This document shows, piece by piece, positions 26,382-42,500 of a DNA stretch of 64,000 nucleotides. Source of the DNA: Auanema rhodensis (taxonomy: Eukaryota > Animalia > Nematoda); the NCBI GenBank assembly GCA_964057225.1, contig OZ059896.1:11780001-11844000 (forward strand), written 5' to 3'. Position numbers and translations under genes: made by a program. The notes beneath the pieces were generated by a model, which did no database searches, was not told the DNA's origin, and saw nothing but the letters and a program-made list of their open reading frames with translations. Positions within the stretch are counted from its first letter, which is position 1. Each line of letters begins with the position of its first letter.

Positions 26382-29300
26382 TAATGATTAAAAATTTGAA
26401 AAATGAAATTATGAAATTGTGGTAGAAATATAAAATTGTTTAAAATATGGAATTAAATAAAAGAGATGGAGTGAAATGGTTTAGAAAATATAAAATATTT
26501 AAATGTTTCAGTTTTTGATCATCACAATATTGAAATTTAAATGTTTTTTAATAATTAAAAATTTAAAAATTTAAAAAATGAAATTATGAAATAGTGGTAA
26601 CAATATAAAATTGTTTAAAATATGGGATTAAATAAAAGAGATGGAGTGAAATGGTTTAGAAAATACAAAATATTTAAATGTTTCAGTTTTTGAGCATCAC
26701 AATATTGAAATTTAAATGTTTTTTAATGTTTAAAAATTTTAAGAATGAAATTATGAAATAGTGGTAAAAATATAAAATTGTTTAAAATATGAGATTAAAT
26801 AAAAGAGATGGAGTGAAATGGTTTAGAAAATACAAAATATTTGAATGTTTCAGTTTTTGATCATCACAATATTGAAATTTAAATGTTTTTTAATAATTAA
26901 AAATTTAAAAATTAAAAAATGAAATTATGAAATTGTGGTAGAATTAAAAAATTGTATAAAATATGGGATTAAATAAAATAGATGGAGTGAAATGGTTTAG
27001 AAAATACAAAATATTCAAATGTTTCAGTTTTTGAGCATCACAATACTGAAATTTAAATGTTTTTCAATGATTAAAATATTAAAAAATGAAATTATGAAAT
27101 AGTGGTAGAAATATAAAATTGTTTAAAATATGGAATTAAATAAAAGAGATGGAGTGAAATGGTTTAGAAAATACAAAATATTTAAATGTTTCAGTTTTTG
27201 AGCATCACAATACTGAAATTTAAATGTTTTTCAATGATTAAAATATTAAAAAATGAAATTATGAAATAGTGGTAGAAATATAAAATTGTTTAAAATATGG
27301 AATTAAATAAAAGAGATGGAGTGAAATGGTTTAGAAAAAACAAAATATTTGAATGTTTCAGTTTTTGATCATCACAATATTGAAATTTAAATGTTTTTTA
27401 ATGATTGAAAATTTAAAAAATGAAATTATGAAATTGTGGTAGAATTTAAAAATTGTATAAAATATGGGATTAAATAAAATAGATAGAGTGAAATGGTTTA
27501 GAAAATACAAAATATTTAAATGTTTCAGTTTTTGAGCATCACAATATTGAAATTTAAATGTTTTTTAATGATTAAAAATTTGAAAAATGAAATTATGAAA
27601 TTGTGGTAGAAATATAAAATTGTTTAAAATATGGGATTAAATAAAATAGATGGAGTGAAATGGTTTAGAAAATACAAAATATTTGAATGTTTCAGTTTTT
27701 GAGCATCACAATATTGAAATTTAAATGTTTTTTAATGATTAAAAATTTAAAAAATGATTATAAAATAGTGGTAGAATCATAAAATTGTTTAAAATATGGG
27801 ATTAAATAAAATAGATGGAGTGAAATGGTTTAGAAAATACAAAATATTCAACTGTTTCAGTTTTTGAGCATCACAATATTGAAAATTAAATGTTTTTTAA
27901 TGATTAAAAATTCAAAAATGAAATTATGAAATTGTGGTAGAACTATAAAATTGTTTAAAATATGGGATTAAATAAACTAGATGGAGTGAAATGCTTTAGA
28001 AAATACAAATATTTAAATGTTTCAGTTTTTGAGCATCACAATATTGAAATTTAAATGTTTTTCAATGATTAAAAATTTAAAAATGAAATTATAAAATAGT
28101 GGTAGAATCATAAAATTGTTTAAAATATGAGATTAAATAAATTAGATGGAGTGAAATGGTTTAGAAAATACAAAATATTTAAATGTTTCAGTTTTTGAGC
28201 ATCACAATATTGAAATTTAAATGTTTTTTAATGATTAAAAAGTTAAAAAATAAGATTATGAAATAGTGGTAAAAATATAAAATTGTTTAAAATATGGGAT
28301 TAAATAAAATAGATGGAGTGAAATGGTTTAGAAAATACAAAATATTTAAATGTTTCAGTTTTTGAGCATCACAATATTGAAATTTAAATGTTTTTTAATG
28401 ATTAAAAATTTGAAAAATGAAATTATGAAATTGTGGTAGAAATATAAAATTGTTTAAAATATGGGATTAAATAAAATAGATGGAGTGAAATGGTTTAGAA
28501 AATACAAAATATTTGAATGTTTCAGTTTTTGAGCATCACAATATTGAAATTTAAATGTTTTTTAATGATTAAAAATTTAAAAAATGAAATTATAAAATAG
28601 TGGTAGAATCATAAAATTGTTTAAAATATGGGATTAAATAAAATAGATGGAGTGAAATGGTTTAGAAAATACAAAATATTCAACTGTTTCAGTTTTTGAG
28701 CATCACAATATTGAAAATTAAATGTTTTTTAATGATTAAAAATTCAAAAATGAAATTATGAAATTGTGGTAGAACTATAAAATTGTTTAAAATATGGGAT
28801 TAAATAAACTAGATGGAGTGAAATGCTTTAGAAAATACAAATATTTAAATGTTTCAGTTTTTGAGCATCACAATATTGAAATTTAAATGTTTTTCAATGA
28901 TTAAAAATTTAAAAATGAAATTATAAAATAGTGGTAGAATCATAAAATTGTTTAAAATATGAGATTAAATAAATTAGATGGAGTGAAATGGTTTAGAAAA
29001 TACAAAATATTTAAATGTTTCAGTTTTTGAGCATCACAATATTGAAATTTAAATGTTTTTTAATGATTAAAAAGTTAAAAAATAAGATTATGAAATAGTG
29101 GTAAAAATATAAAATTGTTTAAAATATGGGATTAAATAAAATAGATGGAGTGAAATGGTTTAGAAAATACAAAATATTTAAATGTTTCAGTTTTTGAGCA
29201 TCACAATATTGAAATTTAAATGTTTTTTAATGTTTAAAAATTTTAAGAATGAAATTATGAAATAGTGGTAAAAATATGAAATTGTTTAAAATATGGGATT

Positions 29301-32300
29301 AAATAAAATAGATGGAGTGAAATGGTTTAGAAAATACAAAATATTTAAATGTTTCAGTTTTTGAGCATCACAATATTGAAATTTAAATGTTTTTTAATGA
29401 TTGAAAATTTAAAAAATGAAATTATGAAATTGTGGTAGAATTAAAATATTGTATAAAATATGGGATTAAATAAAATAGATGGAGTTAAATGGTTTAGAAA
29501 ATACAAAATATTTAAATGTTTCAGTTTTTGAGCATCACAATACTGAAATTTAAATGTTTTTCAATGATTAAAATATTAAAAAATGAAATTATGAAATTGT
29601 GGTAGAAATATAAAATTGTTTAAAAAATGGAATTAAATAAAAGAGATGGAGTGAAATGGTTTAGAAATTACAGAATATTTAAATGTTTCAGTTTTTGAGC
29701 ATCACAATATTGAAATTTAAATGTTTTTTAATGATTAAAAATTTGAAAAATGAAATTATGAAATAGTGGTAAAAATATAAAATTGTTTAAAATATGGGAT
29801 TAAATAAAAGAGATGGAGTGAAATGTTTTAGAAAATACAAAATATTTAAATGTTTCAGTTTTGATCATCACAATATTAAAATTTAAATGTTTTTTAATAA
29901 TTAAAAAGTTAAAAAATAAGATTATGAAATAGTGGTAAAAATATAAAATTGTTTAAAATATGGAATTAAATAAAAGAGATAGAGTGAAATGGTTTAGAAA
30001 ATACAAAATATTTAAATGTTTCAGTTTTGATCATCACAATATTGAAATTTAAATGTTTTTTAATAATTAAAAATTTAAAAAATGAAATTATGAAATTGTG
30101 GTAGAATTAAAATATTGTATAAAATATGGGATTAAATAAAATAGATGGAGTTAAATGGTTTAGAAAATACAAAATATTTAAATGTTTCAGTTTTTGAGCA
30201 TTCACAATACTGAAATTTAAATGTTTTTCAATGATTAAAATATTAAAAAATGAAATTATGAAATTGTGGTAGAAATATAAAATTGTTTAAAAAATGGAAT
30301 TAAATAAAAGAGATGGAGTGAAATGGTTTAGAAATTACAGAATATTTAAATGTTTCAGTTTTTGAGCATCACAATATTGAAATTTAAATGTTTTTTAATG
30401 ATTAAAAATTTGAAAAATGAAATTATGAAATTGTGGTAGAAATATAAAATTGTTTAAAATATGGAATTAAATAAAAGAGATGGAGTGAAATGGTTTAGAA
30501 AATATAAAATATTTAAATGTTTCAGTTTTTGATCATCACAATATTGAAATTTAAATGTTTTTTAATAATTAAAAATTTAAAAATTTAAAAAATGAAATTA
30601 TGAAATAGTGGTAACAATATAAAATTGTTTAAAATATGGGATTAAATAAAAGAGATGGAGTGAAATGGTTTAGAAAATACAAAATATTTAAATGTTTCAG
30701 TTTTTGAGCATCACAATATTGAAATTTAAATGTTTTTTAATGTTTAAAAATTTTAAGAATGAAATTATGAAATAGTGGTAAAAATATAAAATTGTTTAAA
30801 ATATGAGATTAAATAAAAGAGATGGAGTGAAATGGTTTAGAAAATACAAAATATTTGAATGTTTCAGTTTTTGATCATCACAATATTGAAATTTAAATGT
30901 TTTTTAATAATTAAAAATTTAAAAATTAAAAAATGAAATTATGAAATTGTGGTAGAATTAAAAAATTGTATAAAATATGGGATTAAATAAAATAGATGGA
31001 GTGAAATGGTTTAGAAAATACAAAATATTCAAATGTTTCAGTTTTTGAGCATCACAATACTGAAATTTAAATGTTTTTCAATGATTAAAATATTAAAAAA
31101 TGAAATTATGAAATAGTGGTAGAAATATAAAATTGTTTAAAATATGGAATTAAATAAAAGAGATGGAGTGAAATGGTTTAGAAAATACAAAATATTTAAA
31201 TGTTTCAGTTTTTGAGCATCACAATACTGAAATTTAAATGTTTTTCAATGATTAAAATATTAAAAAATGAAATTATGAAATAGTGGTAGAAATATAAAAT
31301 TGTTTAAAATATGGAATTAAATAAAAGAGATGGAGTGAAATGGTTTAGAAAAAACAAAATATTTGAATGTTTCAGTTTTTGATCATCACAATATTGAAAT
31401 TTAAATGTTTTTTAATGATTGAAAATTTAAAAAATGAAATTATGAAATTGTGGTAGAATTTAAAAATTGTATAAAATATGGGATTAAATAAAATAGATAG
31501 AGTGAAATGGTTTAGAAAATACAAAATATTTAAATGTTTCAGTTTTTGAGCATCACAATATTGAAATTTAAATGTTTTTTAATGATTAAAAATTTGAAAA
31601 ATGAAATTATGAAATTGTGGTAGAAATATAAAATTGTTTAAAATATGGGATTAAATAAAATAGATGGAGTGAAATGGTTTAGAAAATACAAAATATTTGA
31701 ATGTTTCAGTTTTTGAGCATCACAATATTGAAATTTAAATGTTTTTTAATGATTAAAAATTTAAAAAATGAAATTATAAAATAGTGTTAGAATCATAAAA
31801 TTGTTTAAAATATGGGATTAAATAAAATAGATGGAGTGAAATGGTTTAGAAAATACAAAATATTCAACTGTTTCAGTTTTTGAGCATCACAATATTGAAA
31901 ATTAAATGTTTTTTAATGATTAAAAATTCAAAAATGAAATTATGAAATTGTGGTAGAACTATAAAATTGTTTAAAATATGGGATTAAATAAACTAGATGG
32001 AGTGAAATGCTTTAGAAAATACAAATATTTAAATGTTTCAGTTTTTGAGCATCACAATATTGAAATTTAAATGTTTTTCAATGATTAAAAATTTAAAAAT
32101 GAAATTATAAAATTGTGGTAGAAATATAAAATTGTATAAAATATGAGATTAAATAAATTAGATGGAGTGAAATGGTTTAGAAAATACAAAATATTTAAAT
32201 GTTTCAGTTTTTGAGCATCACAATATTGAAATTTAAATGTTTTTTAATGATTAAAAAGTTAAAAAATAAGATTATGAAATAGTGGTAAAAATATAAAATT

Positions 32301-35300
32301 GTTTAAAATATGGGATTAAATAAAATAGATGGAGTGAAATGGTTTAGAAAATACAAAATATTTAAATGTTTCAGTTTTTGAGCATCACAATATTGAAATT
32401 TAAATGTTTTTTAATGATTAAAAAGTTAAAAAATAAGATTATGAAATAGTGGTAAAAATATAAAATTGTTTAAAATATGGGATTAAATAAAATAGATGGA
32501 GTGAAATGGTTTAGAAAATACAAAATATTTAAATGTTTCAGTTTTTGAGCATCACAATATTGAAATTTAAATGTTTTTTAATGTTTAAAAATTTTAAGAA
32601 TGAAATTATGAAATAGTGGTAAAAATATAAAATTGTTTAAAATATGGGATTAAATAAAATAGATGGAGTGAAATGGTTTAGAAAATACAAAATATTCAAC
32701 TGTTTCAGTTTTTGAGCATCACAATATTGAAAATTAAATGTTTTTTAATGATTAAAAATTCAAAAATGAAATTATGAAATTGTGGTAGAACTATAAAATT
32801 GTTTAAAATATGGGATTAAATAAACTAGATGGAGTGAAATGCTTTAGAAAATACAAATATTTAAATGTTTCAGTTTTTGAGCATCACAATATTGAAATTT
32901 AAATGTTTTTCAATGATTAAAAATTTAAAAATGAAATTATAAAATTGTGGTAGAAATATAAAATTGTATAAAATATGAGATTAAATAAATTAGATGGAGT
33001 GAAATGGTTTAGAAAATACAAAATATTTAAATGTTTCAGTTTTTGAGCATCACAATATTGAAATTTAAATGTTTTTTAATGATTAAAAAGTTAAAAAATA
33101 AGATTATGAAATAGTGGTAAAAATATAAAATTGTTTAAAATATGGGATTAAATAAAATAGATGGAGTGAAATGGTTTAGAAAATACAAAATATTTAAATG
33201 TTTCAGTTTTTGAGCATCACAATATTGAAATTTAAATGTTTTTTAATGTTTAAAAATTTTAAGAATGAAATTATGAAATAGTGGTAAAAATATGAAATTG
33301 TTTAAAATATGGGATTAAATAAAATAGATGGAGTGAAATGGTTTAGAAAATACAAAATATTTAAATGTTTCAGTTTTTGAGCATCACAATATTGAAATTT
33401 AAATGTTTTTTAATGATTGAAAATTTAAAAAATGAAATTATGAAATTGTGGTAGAATTAAAATATTGTATAAAATATGGGATTAAATAAAATAGATGGAG
33501 TTAAATGGTTTAGAAAATACAAAATATTTAAATGTTTCAGTTTTTGAGCATCACAATACTGAAATTTAAATGTTTTTCAATGATTAAAATATTAAAAAAT
33601 GAAATTATGAAATTGTGGTAGAAATATAAAATTGTTTAAAAAATGGAATTAAATAAAAGAGATGGAGTGAAATGGTTTAGAAATTACAGAATATTTAAAT
33701 GTTTCAGTTTTTGAGCATCACAATATTGAAATTTAAATGTTTTTTAATGATTAAAAATTTAAAAAATGAAATTATGAAATTGTGGTAGAATTAAAATATT
33801 GTATAAAATATGGGATTAAATAAAATAGATGGAGTTAAATGGTTTAGAAAATACAAAATATTTAAATGTTTCAGTTTTTGAGCATTCACAATACTGAAAT
33901 TTAAATGTTTTTCAATGATTAAAATATTAAAAAATGAAATTATGAAATTGTGGTAGAAATATAAAATTGTTTAAAAAATGGAATTAAATAAAAGAGATGG
34001 AGTGAAATGGTTTAGAAATTACAGAATATTTAAATGTTTCAGTTTTTGAGCATCACAATATTGAAATTTAAATGTTTTTTAATGATTAAAAATTTGAAAA
34101 ATGAAATTATGAAATTGTGGTAGAAATATAAAATTGTTTAAAATATGGAATTAAATAAAAGAGATGGAGTGAAATGGTTTAGAAAATATAAAATATTTAA
34201 ATGTTTCAGTTTTTGATCATCACAATATTGAAATTTAAATGTTTTTTAATAATTAAAAATTTAAAAATTTAAAAAATGAAATTATGAAATAGTGGTAACA
34301 ATATAAAATTGTTTAAAATATGGGATTAAATAAAAGAGATGGAGTGAAATGGTTTAGAAAATACAAAATATTTAAATGTTTCAGTTTTTGAGCATCACAA
34401 TATTGAAATTTAAATGTTTTTTAATGTTTAAAAATTTTAAGAATGAAATTATGAAATAGTGGTAAAAATATAAAATTGTTTAAAATATGAGATTAAATAA
34501 AAGAGATGGAGTGAAATGGTTTAGAAAATACAAAATATTTGAATGTTTCAGTTTTTGATCATCACAATATTGAAATTTAAATGTTTTTTAATAATTAAAA
34601 ATTTAAAAATTAAAAAATGAAATTATGAAATTGTGGTAGAATTAAAAAATTGTATAAAATATGGGATTAAATAAAATAGATGGAGTGAAATGGTTTAGAA
34701 AATACAAAATATTCAAATGTTTCAGTTTTTGAGCATCACAATACTGAAATTTAAATGTTTTTCAATGATTAAAATATTAAAAAATGAAATTATGAAATAG
34801 TGGTAGAAATATAAAATTGTTTAAAATATGGAATTAAATAAAAGAGATGGAGTGAAATGGTTTAGAAAATACAAAATATTTAAATGTTTCAGTTTTTGAG
34901 CATCACAATACTGAAATTTAAATGTTTTTCAATGATTAAAATATTAAAAAATGAAATTATGAAATAGTGGTAGAAATATAAAATTGTTTAAAATATGGAA
35001 TTAAATAAAAGAGATGGAGTGAAATGGTTTAGAAAAAACAAAATATTTGAATGTTTCAGTTTTTGATCATCACAATATTGAAATTTAAATGTTTTTTAAT
35101 GATTGAAAATTTAAAAAATGAAATTATGAAATTGTGGTAGAATTTAAAAATTGTATAAAATATGGGATTAAATAAAATAGATAGAGTGAAATGGTTTAGA
35201 AAATACAAAATATTTAAATGTTTCAGTTTTTGAGCATCACAATATTGAAATTTAAATGTTTTTTAATGATTAAAAATTTGAAAAATGAAATTATGAAATT

Positions 35301-36599
35301 GTGGTAGAAATATAAAATTGTTTAAAATATGGGATTAAATAAAATAGATGGAGTGAAATGGTTTAGAAAATACAAAATATTTGAATGTTTCAGTTTTTGA
35401 GCATCACAATATTGAAATTTAAATGTTTTTTAATGATTAAAAATTTAAAAAATGAAATTATAAAATAGTGGTAGAATCATAAAATTGTTTAAAATATGGG
35501 ATTAAATAAAATAGATGGAGTGAAATGGTTTAGAAAATACAAAATATTCAACTGTTTCAGTTTTTGAGCATCACAATATTGAAAATTAAATGTTTTTTAA
35601 TGATTAAAAATTCAAAAATGAAATTATGAAATTGTGGTAGAACTATAAAATTGTTTAAAATATGGGATTAAATAAACTAGATGGAGTGAAATGCTTTAGA
35701 AAATACAAATATTTAAATGTTTCAGTTTTTGAGCATCACAATATTGAAATTTAAATGTTTTTCAATGATTAAAAATTTAAAAATGAAATTATAAAATTGT
35801 GGTAGAAATATAAAATTGTATAAAATATGAGATTAAATAAATTAGATGGAGTGAAATGGTTTAGAAAATACAAAATATTTAAATGTTTCAGTTTTTGAGC
35901 ATCACAATATTGAAATTTAAATGTTTTTTAATGATTAAAAAGTTAAAAAATAAGATTATGAAATAGTGGTAAAAATATAAAATTGTTTAAAATATGGGAT
36001 TAAATAAAATAGATGGAGTGAAATGGTTTAGAAAATACAAAATATTTAAATGTTTCAGTTTTTGAGCATCACAATATTGAAATTTAAATGTTTTTTAATG
36101 TTTAAAAATTTTAAGAATGAAATTATGAAATAGTGGTAAAAATATGAAATTGTTTAAAATATGGGATTAAATAAAATAGATGGAGTGAAATGGTTTAGAA
36201 AATACAAAATATTTAAATGTTTCAGTTTTTGAGCATCACAATATTGAAATTTAAATGTTTTTTAATGATTGAAAATTTAAAAAATGAAATTATGAAATTG
36301 TGGTAGAATTAAAATATTGTATAAAATATGGGATTAAATAAAATAGATGGAGTTAAATGGTTTAGAAAATACAAAATATTTAAATGTTTCAGTTTTTGAG
36401 CATCACAATACTGAAATTTAAATGTTTTTCAATGATTAAAATATTAAAAAATGAAATTATGAAATTGTGGTAGAAATATAAAATTGTTTAAAAAATGGAA
36501 TTAAATAAAAGAGATGGAGTGAAATGGTTTAGAAATTACAGAATATTTAAATGTTTCAGTTTTTGAGCATCACAATATTGAAATTTAAATGTTTTTTAA

Positions 36600-39500
36600 T
36601 GATTAAAAATTTGAAAAATGAAATTATGAAATTGTGGTAGAAATATAAAATTGTTTAAAATATGGAATTAAATAAAAGAGATGGAGTGAAATGGTTTAGA
36701 AAATATAAAATATTTGAATGTTTCAGTTTTTGATCATCACAATATTGAAATTTAAATGTTTTTTAATAATTAAAAATTTAAAAATTTAAAAAATGAAATT
36801 ATGAAATTGTGGTAGAATTAAAAAATTGTATAAAATATGGGATTAAATAAAATAGATGGAGTGAAATGGTTTAGAAAATACAAAATATTTAAATGTTTCA
36901 GTTTTTGAGCATCACAATACTGAAATTTAAATGTTTTTCAATGATTAAAATATTGAAAAATGAAATTATGAAATAGTGGTAGAAATATAAAATTGTTTAA
37001 AATATGGAATTAAATAAAAGAGATGGAGTGAAATGGTTTAGAAAATACAAAATATTTAAATGTTTCAGTTCTTGAGCATCACAATACTGAAATTTAAATG
37101 TTTTTCAATGATTAAAATATTAAAAAATGAAATTATGAAATAGTGGTAGAAATATAAAATTGTTTAAAATATGGAATTAAATAAAAGAGATGGAGTGAAA
37201 TGGTTTAGAAAAAACAAAATATTTGAATGTTTCAGTTTTTGATCATCACAATATTGAAATTTAAATGTTTTTTAATGATTGAAAATTTAAAAAATGAAAT
37301 TATGAAATTGTGGTAGAATTAAAAAATTGTATAAAATATGGGATTAAATAAAATAGATAGAGTGAAATGGTTTAGAAAATACAAAATATTTGAATGTTTC
37401 AGTTTTTGATCATCACAATATTGAAATTTAAATGTTTTTTAATGATTAAAAATTTGAAAAATGAAATTATGAATTTGTGGTAGAAATATAAAATTGTTTA
37501 AAATATGGGATTAAATAAAATAGATGGAGTGAAATGGTTTAGAAAATACAAAATATTTGAATGTTTCAGTTTTTGATCATCACAATATTGAAATTTAAAT
37601 GTTTTTTAATGATTAAAAATTTGAAAAATGAAATTATGAAATTGTGGTAGAAATATAAAATTGTTTAAAATATGGGATTAAATAAAATAGATGGAGTGAA
37701 ATGGTTTAGAAAATACAAAATATTTGAATGTTTCAGTTTTGATCATCACAATATTAAAATTTAAATGTTTTTTAATAATTAAAAATTTAAAAAATAAGAT
37801 TATGAAATAGTGGTAAAAATATAAAATTGTTTAAAATATGGGATTAAATAAAATAGATGGAGTGAAATGGTTTAGAAAATACAAAATATTTGAATGTTTC
37901 AGTTTTTGAACATCACAATATTAAAATTTAAATGTTTTTTAATGATTGAAAATTTAAAAAATGAAATTATGAAATTGTGGTAGAATTAAAAAATTGTATA
38001 AAATATGGGATTAAATAAAATAGATGGAGTGAAATGGTTTAGAAAATACAAAATATTTAAATGTTTCAGTTTTTGAGCATCACAATACTGAAATTTAAAT
38101 GTTTTTCAATGATTAAAATATTAAAAAATGAAATTATGAAATAGTGGTAAAAATATAAAATTGTTTAAAATATGGGATTAAATAAAAGAGATGGAGTGAA
38201 ATGGTTTAGAAAATATAAAATATTTAAATGTTCCAGTTTTTGAGCATCACAATATTGAAATTTAAGTGTTTTTTAATGATTAAAAATTTTAAGAATGAAA
38301 TTATGAAATAGTGGTAAAAATATAAAATTGTTCAAAATATGGGATTAAATAAAAGAGATGGAGTGAAATGGTTTAGAAAATACAAAATATTTAAATGTTT
38401 CAGTTTTTGATCATCACAATATTGAAATTTAAATGTTTTTTAATGATGAAAAATTTAAGAATGAAATTATGAAATAGTGGTAGAATTATGAAATTGTTTA
38501 AAATATGGAATTAAATAAAATAGATGTAGTGAAATGGTTTAGAAAATACAAAATATTTAAATGTTTCAGTTTTTGAGCATCACAATATTGAAATTTAAAT
38601 GTTTTTTAATGATTAAAAATTTGAAAAATGAAATTATGAAATTGTGGTAGAAATATAAAATTGTTTAAAATATGGAATTAAATAAAAGAGATGGAGTGAA
38701 ATGGTTTAGAAAATATAAAATATTTAAATGTTTCAGTTTTTGATCATCACAATATTGAAATTTAAATGTTTTTTAATAATTAAAAATTTAAAAATTTAAA
38801 AAATGAAATTATGAAATAGTGGTAACAATATAAAATTGTTTAAAATATGGGATTAAATAAAAGAGATGGAGTGAAATGGTTTAGAAAATATAAAATATTT
38901 AAATGTTTCAGTTTTTGATCATCACAATATTGAAATTTAAATGTTTTTTAATAATTAAAAATTTAAAAATTTAAAAAATGAAATTATGAAATAGTGGTAA
39001 CAATATAAAATTGTTTAAAATATGGGATTAAATAAAAGAGATGGAGTGAAATGGTTTAGAAAATACAAAATATTTAAATGTTTCAGTTTTTGAGCATCAC
39101 AATATTGAAATTTAAATGTTTTTTAATGTTTAAAAATTTTAAGAATGAAATTATGAAATAGTGGTAAAAATATAAAATTGTTTAAAATATGAGATTAAAT
39201 AAAAGAGATGGAGTGAAATGGTTTAGAAAATACAAAATATTTGAATGTTTCAGTTTTTGATCATCACAATATTGAAATTTAAATGTTTTTTAATAATTAA
39301 AAATTTAAAAATTTAAAAAATGAAATTATGAAATAGTGGTAGAAATATAAAATTGTTTAAAATATGGAATTAAATAAAAGAGATGGAGTGAAATGGTTTA
39401 GAAAATACAAAATATTTAAATGTTTCAGTTTTTGAGCATCACAATACTGAAATTTAAATGTTTTTCAATGATTAAAATATTAAAAAATGAAATTATGAAA

Positions 39501-42500
39501 TAGTGGTAGAAATATAAAATTGTTTAAAATATGGAATTAAATAAAAGAGATGGAGTGAAATGGTTTAGAAAAAACAAAATATTTGAATGTTTCAGTTTTT
39601 GATCATCACAATATTGAAATTTAAATGTTTTTTAATGATTGAAAATTTAAAAAATGAAATTATGAAATTGTGGTAGAATTAAAAAATTGTATAAAATATG
39701 GGATTAAATAAAATAGATAGAGTGAAATGGTTTAGAAAATACAAAATATTTGAATGTTTCAGTTTTTGATCATCACAATATTGAAATTTAAATGTTTTTT
39801 AATGATTAAAAATTTGAAAAATGAAATTATGAATTTGTGGTAGAAATATAAAATTGTTTAAAATATGGGATTAAATAAAATAGATGGAGTGAAATGGTTT
39901 AGAAAATACAAAATATTTGAATGTTTCAGTTTTTGATCATCACAATATTGAAATTTAAATGTTTTTTAATGATTAAAAATTTGAAAAATGAAATTATGAA
40001 ATTGTGGTAGAAATATAAAATTGTTTAAAATATGGGATTAAATAAAATAGATGGAGTGAAATGGTTTAGAAAATACAAAATATTTGAATGTTTCAGTTTT
40101 GATCATCACAATATTAAAATTTAAATGTTTTTTAATAATTAAAAATTTAAAAAATAAGATTATGAAATAGTGGTAAAAATATAAAATTGTTTAAAATATG
40201 GGATTAAATAAAATAGATGGAGTGAAATGGTTTAGAAAATACAAAATATTTGAATGTTTCAGTTTTTGAACATCACAATATTAAAATTTAAATGTTTTTT
40301 AATGATTGAAAATTTAAAAAATGAAATTATGAAATTGTGGTAGAATTAAAAAATTGTATAAAATATGGGATTAAATAAAATAGATGGAGTGAAATGGTTT
40401 AGAAAATACAAAATATTTAAATGTTTCAGTTTTTGAGCATCACAATACTGAAATTTAAATGTTTTTCAATGATTAAAATATTAAAAAATGAAATTATGAA
40501 ATAGTGGTAAAAATATAAAATTGTTTAAAATATGGGATTAAATAAAAGAGATGGAGTGAAATGGTTTAGAAAATATAAAATATTTAAATGTTCCAGTTTT
40601 TGAGCATCACAATATTGAAATTTAAGTGTTTTTTAATGATTAAAAATTTTAAGAATGAAATTATGAAATAGTGGTAAAAATATAAAATTGTTCAAAATAT
40701 GGGATTAAATAAAAGAGATGGAGTGAAATGGTTTAGAAAATACAAAATATTTAAATGTTTCAGTTTTTGATCATCACAATATTGAAATTTAAATGTTTTT
40801 TAATGATGAAAAATTTAAGAATGAAATTATGAAATAGTGGTAGAATTATGAAATTGTTTAAAATATGGAATTAAATAAAATAGATGTAGTGAAATGGTTT
40901 AGAAAATACAAAATATTTAAATGTTTCAGTTTTTGAGCATCACAATATTGAAATTTAAATGTTTTTTAATGATTAAAAATTTGAAAAATGAAATTATGAA
41001 ATTGTGGTAGAAATATAAAATTGTTTAAAATATGGAATTAAATAAAAGAGATGGAGTGAAATGGTTTAGAAAATATAAAATATTTAAATGTTTCAGTTTT
41101 TGATCATCACAATATTGAAATTTAAATGTTTTTTAATAATTAAAAATTTAAAAATTTAAAAAATGAAATTATGAAATAGTGGTAACAATATAAAATTGTT
41201 TAAAATATGGGATTAAATAAAAGAGATGGAGTGAAATGGTTTAGAAAATACAAAATATTTAAATGTTTCAGTTTTTGAGCATCACAATATTGAAATTTAA
41301 ATGTTTTTTAATGTTTAAAAATTTTAAGAATGAAATTATGAAATAGTGGTAAAAATATAAAATTGTTTAAAATATGAGATTAAATAAAAGAGATGGAGTG
41401 AAATGGTTTAGAAAATACAAAATATTTGAATGTTTCAGTTTTTGATCATCACAATATTGAAATTTAAATGTTTTTTAATAATTAAAAATTTAAAAATTTA
41501 AAAAATGAAATTATGAAATAGTGGTAGAAATATAAAATTGTTTAAAATATGGAATTAAATAAAAGAGATGGAGTGAAATGGTTTAGAAAATACAAAATAT
41601 TTAAATGTTTCAGTTTTTGAGCATCACAATACTGAAATTTAAATGTTTTTCAATGATTAAAATATTAAAAAATGAAATTATGAAATAGTGGTAGAAATAT
41701 AAAATTGTTTAAAATATGGAATTAAATAAAAGAGATGGAGTGAAATGGTTTAGAAAAAACAAAATATTTGAATGTTTCAGTTTTTGATCATCACAATATT
41801 GAAATTTAAATGTTTTTTAATGATTGAAAATTTAAAAAATGAAATTATGAAATTGTGGTAGAATTAAAAAATTGTATAAAATATGGGATTAAATAAAATA
41901 GATAGAGTGAAATGGTTTAGAAAATACAAAATATTTAAATGTTTCAGTTTTTGAGCATCACAATATTGAAATTTAAATGTTTTTTAATGATTAAAAATTT
42001 GAAAAATGAAATTATGAAATTGTGGTAGAAATATAAAATTGTTTAAAATATGGGATTAAATAAAATAGATGGAGTGAAATGGTTTAGAAAATACAAAATA
42101 TTTGAATGTTTCAGTTTTTGATCATCACAATATTGAAATTTAAATGTTTTTTAATGATTAAAAATTTGAAAAATGAAATTATGAAATTGTGGTAGAAATA
42201 TAAAATTGTTTAAAATATGGGATTAAATAAAATAGATGGAGTGAAATGGTTTAGAAAATACAAAATATTTGAATGTTTCAGTTTTGATCATCACAATATT
42301 AAAATTTAAATGTTTTTTAATAATTAAAAATTTAAAAAATAAGATTATGAAATAGTGGTAAAAATATAAAATTGTTTAAAATATGGGATTAAATAAAATA
42401 GATGGAGTGAAATGGTTTAGAAAATACAAAATATTTGAATGTTTCAGTTTTTGAACATCACAATATTAAAATTTAAATGTTTTTTAATGATTGAAAATTT

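Larger units (their letters stand above)
12100..36600 (+). repeat. Satellite domain B (subfamily 2 variants; 19-mer-based HOR and derivatives)
   Basis: Carries GAATCATA, TTCAACTG, GAACTATA, ATAAACTAG, AAATGCTTT, GAGTTAAA, AAATTACAG, GAAATGTTTT and GCATTCAC. I saw no TTCCAG or GATGTAG here. Confidence 0.85.
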
